From: Macrostomum lignano
Lineage: Eukaryota
NCBI GenBank assembly: GCA_002269645.1
Contig: NIVC01004954.1
Coordinates: forward strand, 1 to 30,241
Direction: 5' to 3'
DNA length: 30,241 bases
Below are positions 1 through 10,866 of this stretch, piece by piece. The position numbers and the translations under genes are program-made. The notes below the pieces were generated by a model. That model searched no databases. It worked only from the letters and a program-made list of their open reading frames with translations, and was not told where the DNA came from. Position 1 is the stretch's first letter. Each line of letters opens with the position of its first letter.

Positions 1-289
1 GCGAACTGCTGGCTGGGCTCGAGGCCGTCTGCTCCGAGAAAAACCGTCTGCATGAGCGATTGAGCTGCCTGGAGGCTGAGCGAGCTCGACTCGCTGAGGT
101 GTCGGCGGAGGCCTCGGCAGAGCTGTCGGCGCAGCGTCAGGAACGCGTGGACTGCGGCAGCGGCTGCACAGGCGGAGTCGGCGGCTGCGTCCGTTGAAGC
201 GTCAAGGCTCGATGCGTTGAGCTGACTGAGCAGCTGCGGATGACGGAGCGAAGGGCGGAGAGTCTGATGGAGGCCGGGACGCCGCTCAG
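1..289 (+). CDS. Coiled-coil protein, exon A (5'-truncated by the window; contains apparent single-base deletions)
   Basis: Frame from nt 3 reads ELLAGLEAVCSEKNRLHERLSCLEAERARLAEVSAEASAELSAQRQERVD, then coiled-coil-like text continues in shifted frames (LRQRL, QAESAAASVEA, RCVELTEQLRMTERRAESL); donor AG|GTTGGT at 290. Confidence 0.7.
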
Positions 290-875
290 GTTGGTTCCTT
301 TGACCTTCTTTGACCTCTCTTGTTTTGATTTGAGGGTTTCACGGAAAGACGTTCCGAGTGACGCATAAGTTGTCCTTGGATTCATAATCTACTTGTCCAT
401 TGTCTCTTAATTTTTTTTAAAGAAGAAAAACAATTTTTAGTACTTTGTTTTCTTAGAAACTATTTTTTCATTTTGGCCTTTTAATTTGTCAAAGCCTAAT
501 TTTTATTCAATTATTTTCTTATTTAACGGTTATTTTATTTTGTATTATCGAGGCCACGATGTATTTGCATCATAATTTTCTTAGAAAGACGGACATTATG
601 TACGATATAATGTTCAGGAAAATCAATCATTTCATCTTTTATAACTTCCTAAAAATTCAGTCATTTTATAGGACATAATTTCCTAGAAAATCAGAGATTT
701 AAACGATTTAATTTCTTAGAAAACCAATCAATTTCATTCATGTTTTGTTATTAATATTTAATTTAATTTATTCTTGTTTCTAAGAAATCAGGTCATTTTC
801 TTTTTTCTTAGAAAAGTATACTTCTACGAATTCAATTTGTACAAAAAATAATAAGCATCCCAAACCAATCCGCAG

Positions 876-1184
876 GAATCCCTAGAAAAGTGCCGATCAT
901 ACCAATCACAACGCGACCGCGACTACCAAGCGGCACTTGACGCAACCGCCGCCCTGGAGGAGTCGCTGTCAGTTCAGCAGGCGTCAGTAGCCCGGCTGAG
1001 CAGCCACTCGGCAGAATTGGAGCGTCAGAAACTTCAACTAGCCGACGCCTGCGTTCGTTGGAGCGATCAGCACGCCGAGACTCAGGCAGCTCTGGACACC
1101 GCCGAGTCAAGGATCCAGCAGCTCAGCGCGGAGAGAGATCAGCTTAAGTCGCGTCTGGATGACTTGACCGACGCTTGGGATGAG
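876..1184 (+). CDS. Coiled-coil protein, exon B
   Basis: Acceptor ccgcAG at 874-875, open phase-0 frame ESLEKCRSYQSQRDRDYQAALDATAALEESL...SRLDDLTDAWDE, donor GAG|GTTGGG at 1185. Confidence 0.85.
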
Positions 1185-1253
1185 GTTGGGGTTGCGGCCT
1201 TTGCTTTTGCTGGTTCGGTTGGAAACGGGGGGTTAGACAGTTATCCTGCGTAA

Positions 1254-1585
1254 CCTGTTAGACACACCTGTGATATGTTAGACACACCTGTGATATGTTA
1301 GACACACCTGTGATATGTTAGACACACCTGTGATATGTTAGACACACCTGTGATATCTTAGACACACCTGTGATATGTTAGACACACCTGTGATATGTTA
1401 GACACACCTGTGATATTTTAGACACACCTGTAACCTGTTAGACACACCTGAAACCTGTTAGACACACCTGTAACCTGTTAGACACACCTGTGATATGTTA
1501 GACACACCTGTAGTTATCTGTTAGACACACCTGCAACCTGTTAGACGCACCTGTAGTTATCTGTTAGACACACCTGTTAGACACA
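1254..1585. repeat. 20-bp tandem repeat (TGTTAGACACACCTGTGATA)n
   Basis: About 16 near-identical units directly visible, no spacers. Confidence 0.95.
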
Positions 1586-1737
1586 GCCCCGATAAAAAAT
1601 TTCAAAATTTCTTATCAACTTTATTCTTCTTTTGTAAATAAATCATGGAAAATGTCATTATTTCTACTTTTTATCACAAATAAGTAGTATAAAAAGCAAA
1701 TTAGAATTCAACAACAGAAAATCCAACAACTTGCCAG

Positions 1738-1989
1738 GTTCGCGGCGAAGTGGAAACCGGCTACGGGGCCCGGGCCAGGCTGCAGTCCGAGCTGCGCGAG
1801 TCGCAGGCGGAGGCGGCCACCTGGCGAGCCAGCTGCCTGCAGCTGGAGGAGGAGCGCCGCGGCCTGGAGCATCGGCGAGAAACCTTGGAAATTGAGCGAA
1901 CTCGGCTGCAGACTGAACTGGCCGAACTGCGCTCGGAGCTGCAGAATCGAGAGACTGCGACTTCTAGGCTGGCCTGGGAGAAGGAGCAG
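1738..1989 (+). CDS. Coiled-coil protein, exon C
   Basis: Acceptor ttgccAG, frame VRGEVETGYGARARLQSELRESQ...RLAWEKEQ, donor CAG|GTACAG at 1990; heptad-rich E/L/R/Q composition. Confidence 0.85.
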
Positions 1990-2556
1990 GTACAGCTGGA
2001 AATTTACTGTCGGCTTTTTATAACAAACAATAAATTTTTTTCTCCCATATAGCTTATAATTTAGCTAGATACATGTATAGTAAGTTTAGAACTTTTAATA
2101 TTTTCAAGATTTAGCACTTTCTTAGAAATAAAAAGTCTTGTATAAAATTTGCTTTCTTAGAAAATTTATTCTAACAGCTTTTCTAAGAAATAAAGCATAC
2201 GCTTCTAAGGAACTTCTTTTCAAGAAAGAAAATCTGGTTCAGTCATTTATTACTCTTCATTTTAACTTGCACTTATCATTTTTTAAAATTGCATTATTTG
2301 TTTTTCTTGGAAAAATTCGATAGAACTTCTTAGAAACTATAAGAATTCCATTTTTTATTTTAACCTTTGAGCAAAGCAAAGTGAGTTGTATTGACTTGAA
2401 CTTTTTTACAATCGTGATTTTTAGCTCACATTTTTATTAGAAACGATTCCCACTTTCTGAGAAATCACCCAATATTTTGAATGTCTTTCTGTCACATAAA
2501 AAATCCGGAAAAAATTAACTACTTGAAAACGGCAAAAAAATCAAACTGCTTCCCAG

Positions 2557-2813
2557 ACCGAGCAACAACGCACCGAGCTTCTTACTGAAGTTGATCGCCT
2601 CCGATCTCAACTATCCGCTGCCGACGCTGCTTCTCGTTGTCATGGCAACAACTGCGCCGCGGCCGTCTCAGTGCAGCAGCAGCAGCAGCAACTGGAGGCT
2701 GTGCAGCGGTCGTTTTCTGAATTGTCAGAAAAATGGGAGCGAACTTTAGAAGAGAATTCGGTGCTACAGGGCACAGCGATTGAGTTAAGGACTAAACTCA
2801 ATAGCCGAGCAAT
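2557..2813 (+). CDS. Coiled-coil protein, exon D
   Basis: Acceptor ttcccAG, frame TEQQRTELLTEVDRLRSQL...QQQQQQLEAVQRSFSELSEKWERTLEENSVLQGTAIELRTKLNSRA, donor AT|GTGAGT at 2814. Confidence 0.85.
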
Positions 2814-3142
2814 GTGAGTTGTTATTTATTGATTCATAAAACTAAAATTTGCTTTCAAAGACTATGCGCAAAATTTCCTCTATTTGAAGCGAGTGAAATG
2901 GTGAGTTGCAAACTTAATAATTTCCTAACTATACTACTTATTTCAGTTTAAGTAGGCAAGTAACGAGTTAAAGCAACTTTTTATTCAGATCAAATACAGG
3001 TTCTAAAGTAGCTTTAGATACGTTGACTGACTACAAAGCCTATCGAATTTGATTGTCAGTAGTAGGTTGTGTTTTCTTTGAATTTTTTTATTAAAACAAA
3101 GAGAAAAACTATTGTTTATCTTTTTCTTTTCAACGCACGCAG

Positions 3143-3276
3143 CCGACTGGACCAGTGCATGGCTGAGAATGCCCGTCTTCGGACCTGCTGCGCAAAGGCC
3201 AGCAGAGCAGCTCTCGCATGGCCATCGAGTTCGGTTCCAACACCAGCGGATTCAGTGAAACAACAGTCTCCGAAAC
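3143..3276 (+). CDS. Coiled-coil protein, exon E (one apparent 1-nt deletion near 3181)
   Basis: Acceptor cacgcAG, RLDQCMAENARLR then, after a +1 correction at GG 3181-3182, DLLRKGQQSSSRMAIEFGSNTSGFSETTVSET; donor AC|GTGAGC at 3277. Only the corrected frame gives a phase matching exon F. Confidence 0.7.
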
Positions 3277-3344
3277 GTGAGCAATATGCTACTGAAGCAG
3301 CTTTTTCTTAGAGCACAATTCGTAGGAAGCTTTCTTAGAAATCT

Positions 3345-3890
3345 GTTTTTCCTAGAAACCTAACCATGAAAAAGTGATTTTCTTAGAAACTTAACCACGA
3401 AAAAGTGATTTTCTTAGAAATTATCCATGAAAAAGTGATTTTCTTAGAAACTTAACCATGAAAAAAGTGATTTTCCTAAAAACTTAACCATGAAAAAAGG
3501 GATTTTCCTAAAAACTTAACCATGAAAAAGTGATTTTCTTAGAAACTTAACCAAGAAAAAGTGATTTTCTTAGAAACTTAACCATTAAAAAGTGATTTTC
3601 TTAGTAGCTTAACCATGAAAAAGTGATTTTCCTAGAAACTTAACCATGAAAATGTGATTTTCTTAGAAACTTAACTATTAAAAAGTGATTTTCTTAGAAA
3701 CTTAACCATGAAAAAGTGATTTTCCTAGAAACTTAACCATGAAAAAGTGATTTTCTTAGAAACTTAACCATGAAAAAGTGATTTTCCTAGAAACTTAACC
3801 ATGAAAATGTTTTTTCTTAGAAACTTGACTATAAAAAAGTGATTTTCTTAGAAACTCAACTATGAAAACGTTATTTTCTTAGAAACCATG
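3345..3890. repeat. 31-bp tandem repeat (TTAGAAACTTAACCATGAAAAAGTGATTTTC)n
   Basis: About 17 units directly visible. Confidence 0.95.
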
Positions 3891-4036
3891 CAATCACGTG
3901 TATTTTATGCATAGATACCCTTTCTACACACTTTAGTATAAAAAATGCATTAAGGTTTTATAGATAGACATGCTAGTAAAAAGGTCTCCATTGAACTAGC
4001 TTACTAAGGTACCCTCACATTAATTGTTCTTTGCAG

Positions 4037-4307
4037 CATCCTTGAAGAGAAGAACCGCCACATCCAGAGGCTTCTGGCTCAGATCAGCCGGTTGACAAGT
4101 GTGCTGAAATCTACCAGTTCGCTTGGCGGCTCAGCCTCCGAGCTGCATCAGCAGAGCCTGTCCGACAGTCGGCCAGCCACTCCGTCTCCAAAGTTTGCAG
4201 CTTCATCGGAGGCTGTGTCGGCAGCGGCGGCTGTCACGTCGTCAGCGTCTAGCGTTGTTGGCTGGCGAGGCAGTCAGGCAGAGCATTTGAGAACTCGTGT
4301 TTTGCAG
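4037..4307 (+). CDS. Coiled-coil protein, exon F
   Basis: Acceptor ttctttgcAG, frame ILEEKNRHIQRLLAQISRLTSVLKSTSSLGG...EHLRTRVLQ, donor CAG|GTGAGC at 4308. Confidence 0.85.
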
Positions 4308-4371
4308 GTGAGCACCTTTCTTGATCAATATGTCAGCGTTTTCTAAAGTTCAATTTTTTTTAGGTTTGTGA

Positions 4372-4735
4372 GTCTTGGTGCTTTGTGAGGCTTGGTGCTT
4401 TGTGAGGCTTAATGCTTTGTGAGGCTTAATGCTTTGTGAGGCTTGGTGCTTTGTGAGGCTTAATGCTTTGTGAGGCTTAATGCTTTGTGAGGCTTAATGC
4501 TTTGTGAGGCTTGGTGCTTTGTGAGGCTTGGTGCTTTGTGAGGCTTAATGCTTTGTGAGGTGAGGCTTGGTGCTTTGTGAGGCTTAATGCTTTGTGAGGC
4601 TTAATGCTTTGTGAGGCTTAATGCTTTGTGAGGCTTAATGCTTTGTGAGGCTTAATGCTTTGTCGGGCTGGCGCTTGTGAGGTTTGGCACTTGGTGAGGC
4701 TGGCGCTTGTGAGGCTTGGCACTTTGTGAGGCTCT
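4372..4735. repeat. 17-bp tandem repeat (GCTTTGTGAGGCTTAAT/GGT)n
   Basis: Directly visible; two interleaved unit variants, degenerating at the 3' end. Confidence 0.95.
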
Positions 4736-5078
4736 GTGAAAGTGATCCATTGGGTAGAATGCTCTATTTATTATATCTACCCACACTACGAATATATTAT
4801 CCCAAACAAGGATCTGGAATACTAAAGTAATGTTCTAGTGGTCCTTTTATTAGACTTTAGGAACTGCAAGTAAACTTGCTGTCATTTGAAATTTTTTTAT
4901 TTTAAGACTTTCTTAAATTACTATTCTCTTCGTTATATACACTATAAGTAGTTTTCACTGGTCAACTATGTACTTTGAAATTTTCTAATTCTGCATGCAT
5001 ACATTACTAATTAGATTAGAAAGCTACTAAAAGTAGTGTTATGGCTTATAATAGCTTTAATTATACGACAATCCGCAG

Positions 5079-5373
5079 GTCCTAGTCGAGGCTCTTCAAG
5101 CCGAGCTCTCATTAAAGGAGGACCTGTCTCAGCTGATAGCCGGCCTGCCAGAAGACTGGCAGGCCACCCTGAACCGGCGAGTCACCGAACTCGCCGATCT
5201 GCGTCGTCGACTTGGCGACGTGCTGTCGGATATTGAGCTGGCGGCGAGGCGGCTGCGCGACCGAGGCGGCGAACTGGCCGCCCAGCTGCACCGCCTGGAG
5301 CGGGAGAATGCCGGCCTGCGGGATCGGCTGCGGACTGGCGGCGGCTCTGCCGGAATTTCCGCTCCGTTGACCC
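5079..5373 (+). CDS. Coiled-coil protein, exon G
   Basis: Acceptor atccgcAG, frame VLVEALQAELSLKEDLSQLIAGLPEDWQATLNRRVTELADLRRRLGDVLSDIELAARRL...SAPLT, donor C|GTGAGT at 5374. Confidence 0.85.
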
Positions 5374-5820
5374 GTGAGTTTCTTAGAAACATCAACCGCT
5401 AAGAGAGTACGCGCACGATTTTTTGAAATAGTAAAACAAATTTTGGATGCCGTGTAGCCCAGTGGTCTGGCGCGGCGCTCTGATGCCGATTCCAAGTGCA
5501 GTCACATAAATTTGGGGCTAAATTGGAATCTGTCAGGGGAGTCAGCGAAATAGGCAGTAATGCCTTCTCGCCCGGCTGTGTGACAATGTCGCTTCTTAAA
5601 GTGCGCCAGGGTGCACGATGAAATCGGTACCAAGGCCAAGAAGCGTCCCTTAGTCACTTGCGTCCCGGCGCGTTGCCACCGGGTGGGGGGACACAGGGGC
5701 GGACATGTCCCCCTAGTAAAAGCTCTGGGGGGGACATGCCAATGCTTTGTCCCCCCCAACCCCACCTTGTGAGTCGTTGTGGTAATTAATAATTTTTCTT
5801 CAGGACGCCAAAATATAGCG

Positions 5821-6310
5821 CTTTCGGCGCCAAAATGAGTGCCTGCGGCGCCAAAATGAGTGCCTGCGGCGCTAAAATGAGTACTGCGGCGCCAAAATGA
5901 GTGCCTGCGGCGCTAAAATGAGTGCCTGCGGCGCTAAAATGAGTGCCTGCGGCGCCAAAATGAGTGCCTGCAGCGCTAAAATGAGTGCCTGCGGCGCTAA
6001 AATGAGTGCCTGCGGCGCTAAAATGAGTGCCTGTGGCGCCAAAATGAGTGCCTGCGGCGCTAAAATGAGTTCCTGTTGCGCTAAAATGAGTGCCTGCGGC
6101 GCTAAAATGAGTGCCTGCGGCGCTAAAATGAGTGCCTGCGGCGCTAAAATGAGTGCCTGCGGCGCTAAAATGAGTGCCTGCGGCGCTAAAATGAGTGCCT
6201 GTGGCGCCAAAATGAGTGCCTGCGGCGCTAAAATGAGTTCCTTTTGCGCTAAAATGAGTGCCTGCGGCGCTAAAATGAATGCCTGCGTCGCTAAAATGAA
6301 TGCGTAAATG
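5821..6310. repeat. 21-bp tandem repeat (GCGGCGCTAAAATGAGTGCCT)n
   Basis: Directly visible; source of the MSACGAK / APQALIL ORFs. Confidence 0.95.
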
Positions 6311-6603
6311 AGGGCCAAAATTTAGTCATGTACATGTTGAATTCTTGGCTTTGTCCCCCCTCAGATCCGTTTTCGCGATTTTAAAATTATTTTATGTAGA
6401 AAAATTTAATTTCAGAAAAAATTTTCGTATAAAGGAACACAACATCATTTTTCACTGAAAAATTAGTCTAATAAATTTGTCACGTGATTTGATAGTCTAC
6501 TTAAATAGTAGACTATTTAGTTGCAGAATGATAAAACAAAAAACTTAGTTAAAACACAGTCACCAGTTAGAATTTACTCTTTGTAAATGTACACCATTGT
6601 TGT

Positions 6604-7366
6604 GGTTTTGTCTCGCATAGAGACGCCTAACCGCAGTACCCCTGTGACACTTGTCTCTGCCTGGCTGAAAACTTGTAATGAGTTAGTAGGCTGGGTTGGA
6701 GGGTAATAGTCGATCAGGAAGGGCTGTGGGTAGCTGTATAGGAAGGCAGGCCTATACCTGTTCCAGTTGGTGCTCTGACGGTCCCCCTCGGAGTGCCATC
6801 TGAGCGAACAGCCAGCGACCCTATTAAAGCTGGAGTGTGCCAGAACCAGGACTGAGTCTGAGCAGGACGAGACCGTTGGCACGGTCACCATAGAAATGGT
6901 GGGTTGGCGAAGCAAAGGGTGAAATAGTCCCGGCGATTAGCCCTCCTGCCGCTTCAAAGATAAGAGACTGTCTTGGCAAGAGTACCCGGGGTTTAGTTGG
7001 GGGGGGGGGAGGCTCCTTCGGGTTGCCACGGCCGTGGGGGCGGTCATATGACCGGTTTTTTGGCTCTACTAACCCTGGTGAAGGCACGGGCTTCCCTGAT
7101 TGGTTCTCTCAACCCCCTCTGGCCCCGGGGAGGTTTTGATCTGAGCTTGGAGTAGGTTTAACGCCCTGAAGGCAGGGGGTAGGGCCCGCCCTTTGCCCGA
7201 CTGGTGTTGCCTGCTCAGCTTGTTGGCCACAGTCACTCTCACTCTAGCTTGGAAACCTTGTGTACCTGAGTACACTCCTAATCTGGAACCTTAATTATTA
7301 CTAGTGGCGTAAGAGCCTGCTCAATGGCTCAGGCGCCGGATTACTTATTTAGTTTAGTTTTAGTTA
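6604..7366 (+). mobile_element. 763-bp non-LTR-type retroposed insertion with 15-bp target-site duplication
   Basis: Perfect direct repeat GTACACCATTGTTGT at 6589-6603 and 7367-7381; GC-richer than flanks; ends in a TTAG/TTTAG simple-repeat tail (7345-7366). No RT motif recognised. Confidence 0.75.
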
Positions 7367-7434
7367 GTACACCATTGTTGTAAAATATCTTTCGGAAACA
7401 ATGCGTTTAATGTCAATACGCCTACTTAGAGTAG

Positions 7435-7803
7435 ACACTTAGCAATCTAGACGAAAAAATTGCGAATTCTCTCCAATCAGGACGCCGCAGCGTAGGTCCC
7501 ACCACCGAGTCCACCGATCTGCTGCTGCACGCCGTCTGCCGGCTGGACGACTTCGAGCTGCTCAGAAAAGAGTCGCGCGAAAATCTTCGAGAAATACGCA
7601 GCGCCAAAAATCGAGTAGACGAACGCGCTACGCACTATAGAAGCCTGGGCGTGCTGGAGCGATCGCAGAGTGTGGATTACAGCTTGTTAAAGCATCTGGC
7701 CAGAGAGCTGGCGGGAATCCAGTTCTATGCTGAGGAGCGCGACAGGCTGCTCAATAAATTCTGGATTTGCGAGCTGCCGCCATGGGCTGTTCATAGTCGG
7801 CAG
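7435..7803 (+). CDS. Coiled-coil protein, exon H (exact acceptor uncertain)
   Basis: Open frame NLDEKIANSLQSGRRSVGPTTESTDLLLHAVCRLDDFELLRKESREN...ELPPWAVHSRQ, donor CAG|GTGCGA at 7804; several candidate AGs at 7428-7442, none giving a clean phase match to exon G. Confidence 0.75.
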
Positions 7804-7844
7804 GTGCGAATTCATTAGCAAAATGTGTCCCCCTGAATCCAATC

Positions 7845-8445
7845 TGCAATTCCTAGAATCGAATCCCCAATTCCTAGAATCGAATCCCCAATTCCTAGAA
7901 TCGAATCCCCAATTCCTAGAATCGAATCGCCAATTCCTAGAATCGAATCCCCAATTCCTAGAATCGAATCCCCAATTCCTAGAATCGAATCCCCAATTCC
8001 TAGAATCGATTCGCCAATTTCTAGAATCAAATCCCCAATTCCTAGAATCGAATCCCCAATTCCTAGAATCGAATCGCCAATTCCTAGAATCGAATCCCCA
8101 ATTCCTAGAATCGAATCCCCAATTCCTAGAATCGATTCGCCAATTCCTAGAATCGAATCCCCAATTCCTAGAATCGAATCCCCAATTCCTAGAATCGAAT
8201 CCCTACTTCCTAGAATCGAATCCCCAATTCCTAGAATCGAATTCCCAATTCCTAGAATCGAATCCCCAATTCCTAGAATCGAATTCATCCCGATTCCTAG
8301 AATCGAATCCCCAATTCCTAGAATCGAATTTATCCCCGATTCCTAGAATCGAAATTATCCCCGATTCCTAGAATCGAATCCCTTATTCCTAGAAACGAAT
8401 CTTTAATTTCTAGAATGGAATCCACGATTCCTAGAATTGAAAGTA
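7845..8445. repeat. 21-bp tandem repeat (TTCCTAGAATCGAATCCCCAA)n
   Basis: Directly visible; source of the FLESNPQ / ILGIGDS ORFs. Confidence 0.95.
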
Positions 8446-8583
8446 ACCCTAGAAACGAATGTAGTTTTCTTAGAAATGAAATGGAATTCCTGGAAATTCA
8501 CAACTAATCTTCCAAAATCGTAATTCGAATTCTCTGACGCAACTAATCGAAATCCCCGATATTCTCCCATCCCGTTATCAAAG

Positions 8584-8823
8584 GCCCGCTATTATCACCA
8601 GTACCTGCACCAGGGCTCAGCCAAGCCCAACCTTGAAGCGGAGCGCTGGAAAGGTCGCTACGCGGCTCTCAAAGAAATGCTCGAACAGCGACTATCAAGC
8701 GACGAGGCCCGATCGGTGTTCAATGAGAATTTCTCCGGAGCCGAGACGCTGCTTTCGGTTGCCAGACACAATCTCGAACGAGCCTCATCTCCGGCTGAAA
8801 GCGCGTACACCGTGCACTTTTGA
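8584..8823 (+). CDS. Coiled-coil protein, terminal exon
   Basis: Acceptor tatcaaAG, phase 0 matching exon H, ARYYHQYLHQGSAKPNLEAERWKGRYAALKEMLEQRL...AESAYTVHF then TGA at 8821-8823. Family not recognised. Confidence 0.8.
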   Translation, partial: ARYYHQYLHQGSAKPNLEAERWKGRYAALKEMLEQRLSSDEARSVFNENFSGAETLLSVARHNLERASSPAESAYTVHF

Positions 8824-9014
8824 ACCCTGGCGAATCCTATAGAATAAGTCAATTAGTTGGCCACTACTTCAAGTGAATTGATATTTTCTGCTTTCTCTGT
8901 CACGCGCGCGGCTTCTCTGCACTACACCAGTGACTGCGCGTACGCGGAGGTATGGCCGGCCTCGCCCCGATTGAAAACCCACGATTTGGTAGCCTATAAA
9001 GCGCCTCTAAGACA

Positions 9015-9690
9015 GCCTGTCATCGCCCCCTATGGCGCCCCCTCAGCGCCCTCTTTGGCGCACCCTCAGCACCCCTATGGCACCCCCTCAGCGCCCTCCA
9101 CGGCTCACCCCAGCACATCTATGGCGCCCCCTCAGTGCCCTTTATGGCGCACCCTCAGCACCCCTAAAGCACCTCTTCAGCACCCTCTATGGCGCCCCCC
9201 ACAGCACCCCTATGGCGCCCCCCACAGCACCGTATGACACCCCCCACAGCACCCCTGTGGCACCCCCCACAGCACCCCTGTGGCACCCCCACAGCGCCCT
9301 CTATGGCGCACCCCACAGCACCCCTATAGCACCTCTTCAGCACCCTCTATGGCGCCCCCCCACAGCACCCCTATGGCGCCCCCCACAGCACCGTATGGCA
9401 CCCCCCACAGCACCCCTGTGGCACCCCCACAGCACCCCTATGACACCCCCCACAGCATCCCTGTGGCACCCACAGCACCCCTATGGCACCCCCACAGCAC
9501 CCCTATGGCACCCCCACAGCACCCCTATGGCACCCCCACAGCACCCCTATGGCACCCCCACAGCACCCCTATGGCACCCCCACAGCACCCCTATGGCACC
9601 CCCTCAGCGCCCTCTATGGCGCACCCCACAACACCCCTATAGAACCTCTTCAGCACCCCTATGGCGCCACACCTTCAGCGCCCCTATGAC
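9015..9690. repeat. C-rich ~21-23-bp tandem repeat (CAGCACCCCTATGGCACCCCCA)n
   Basis: Directly visible; source of the Pro/His-rich ORFs at 9032-9760. Confidence 0.9.
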
Positions 9691-10857
9691 AAATGCGAGC
9701 GTTATCACGGATTCACTTTTGCCTTTTTTGCGTATTTATTGCATCTACGAGTACTTATAGTTTCAATTTCCATTCTTCGTATTCACAGAAGAAAAAAGTT
9801 TAAATTGCCGCGTTGTTGTTTCTATCAGCCAAAATTCCATAGAAAAATATACAGGTAGCTGATTACTGGGCTTTACTGGATACACTTATCACAGATTTAC
9901 TAAACGGTCACAAATTTTTGTTTTATTAATTTATATACGAGTACAGTATAGGAGTTATAACTATAAGATCTAACATTTTCATGTACATGTATTTGGACTA
10001 ATTTGTACTGTTTGTTACTATAGTACGAAATATACGAGTATGTACATGTATAGTAAATGCATATTATGCTGGCTGCTTGTTCTTCGCACATACATGTACT
10101 ATACTAGTAGGCTTTTATTTGCCTTTCACGCGCGTTTGTCGAATGTCGATGTGAAATAAAATTCAAACAGGCAGTTTACGTGGATCACAACTGTTTTTGG
10201 GAGTTATTAAAAATATCTTTTTCTGAATCTGCCACCCTTCGAAGCAATCATTGAAATGAGAGTAGAATGATCGAGAAGTACACACATGTACATTTACATA
10301 CATGTACTTTACTTGGTATGTACATGTAGAGCTCAAAGTAAAGAGGTACAGTAAAGGTGCAGCTAGGTAGGATCGATGACTATAGATAAGAAGCACACAT
10401 GTTGCAATTATGTCTCGGATCTATCCATTTCAAATACTGCTACAAAAGAAGACTTTCGGTGTAGCTGTAGTAGTAGCCATACACTTGTGCATGTATGTAT
10501 TATTTGAGCCAGTGAAGTACTTTTTTATTATATTTATAAATTTTTATATGCAGGGTTAAGCGCGTCATCTAAATGTACATGTAAAATTTAATTTGGTAGT
10601 TATCTGAAGGCGCCTGCTTCCTAGTGCTTGCGTGACAATGATGATTTTACTTCTGGTGTTTTATATTTTGCAATGTACATGTACAATCCAAATTATGCTT
10701 GAACCTCACATTTATATGCTTATAATAGTGCAGTGTTAGAATTGTATACGCATTTTTAACTGCATGGTCGCTAGTAAATAAACTTATATTAATCGATATC
10801 ACAAAGCCTATACATGTACAATTAGTTTAAAGCTCAACACGACGCAAAATTAAATAA

Positions 10858-10866
10858 CTCTCTCTC
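10858..10866 (+). promoter_or_regulatory. Candidate 5'-TOP/TCT-like transcription start of the snoRNA host gene
   Basis: CTCTCTCTC tract at an abrupt AT-rich to GC/pyrimidine-rich transition, followed ~100 nt later by donor-like GTAGGT/GTATTT (10958-10967). snoRNA host genes commonly start with a 5'-TOP (established); this TSS is inferred. Confidence 0.45.

Noticed and set aside
1254-1585. CRISPR-like appearance of this and other 17-31 bp arrays
   Set aside because: Units are head-to-tail with no unique spacers, no cas genes, and the context is a spliceosomal-intron eukaryote.
5446-5540. tRNA-like start GCCGTGTAGCCCAGTGG with an A-box
   Set aside because: No B-box or cloverleaf; at most an eroded SINE head, not a tRNA gene.
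5872-6318. ORFs MSACGAK... (+) and APQALIL... (-)
   Set aside because: Translation of a 21-bp tandem repeat, open on both strands, intronic, no splice or codon evidence.
7727-8371. ORFs FLESNPQ... (+) and ILGIGDS... (-)
   Set aside because: 21-bp satellite lying after the exon H donor at 7804.
9032-9760. Pro/His-rich ORFs in three frames
   Set aside because: C-rich tandem repeat downstream of the stop codon; all frames open because the unit lacks stops.
10638-10644. Isolated box C-like words at 10638 (ATGATGA), 13387 (ATGATGT) and ~15927 (GATGATA)
   Set aside because: No box D at a suitable distance, no terminal stem and no recognisable antisense element.
9900-10830. Recurrent TACATGTA palindromes
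   Set aside because: Low-complexity word common in AT-rich invertebrate intergenic DNA; no regular spacing.
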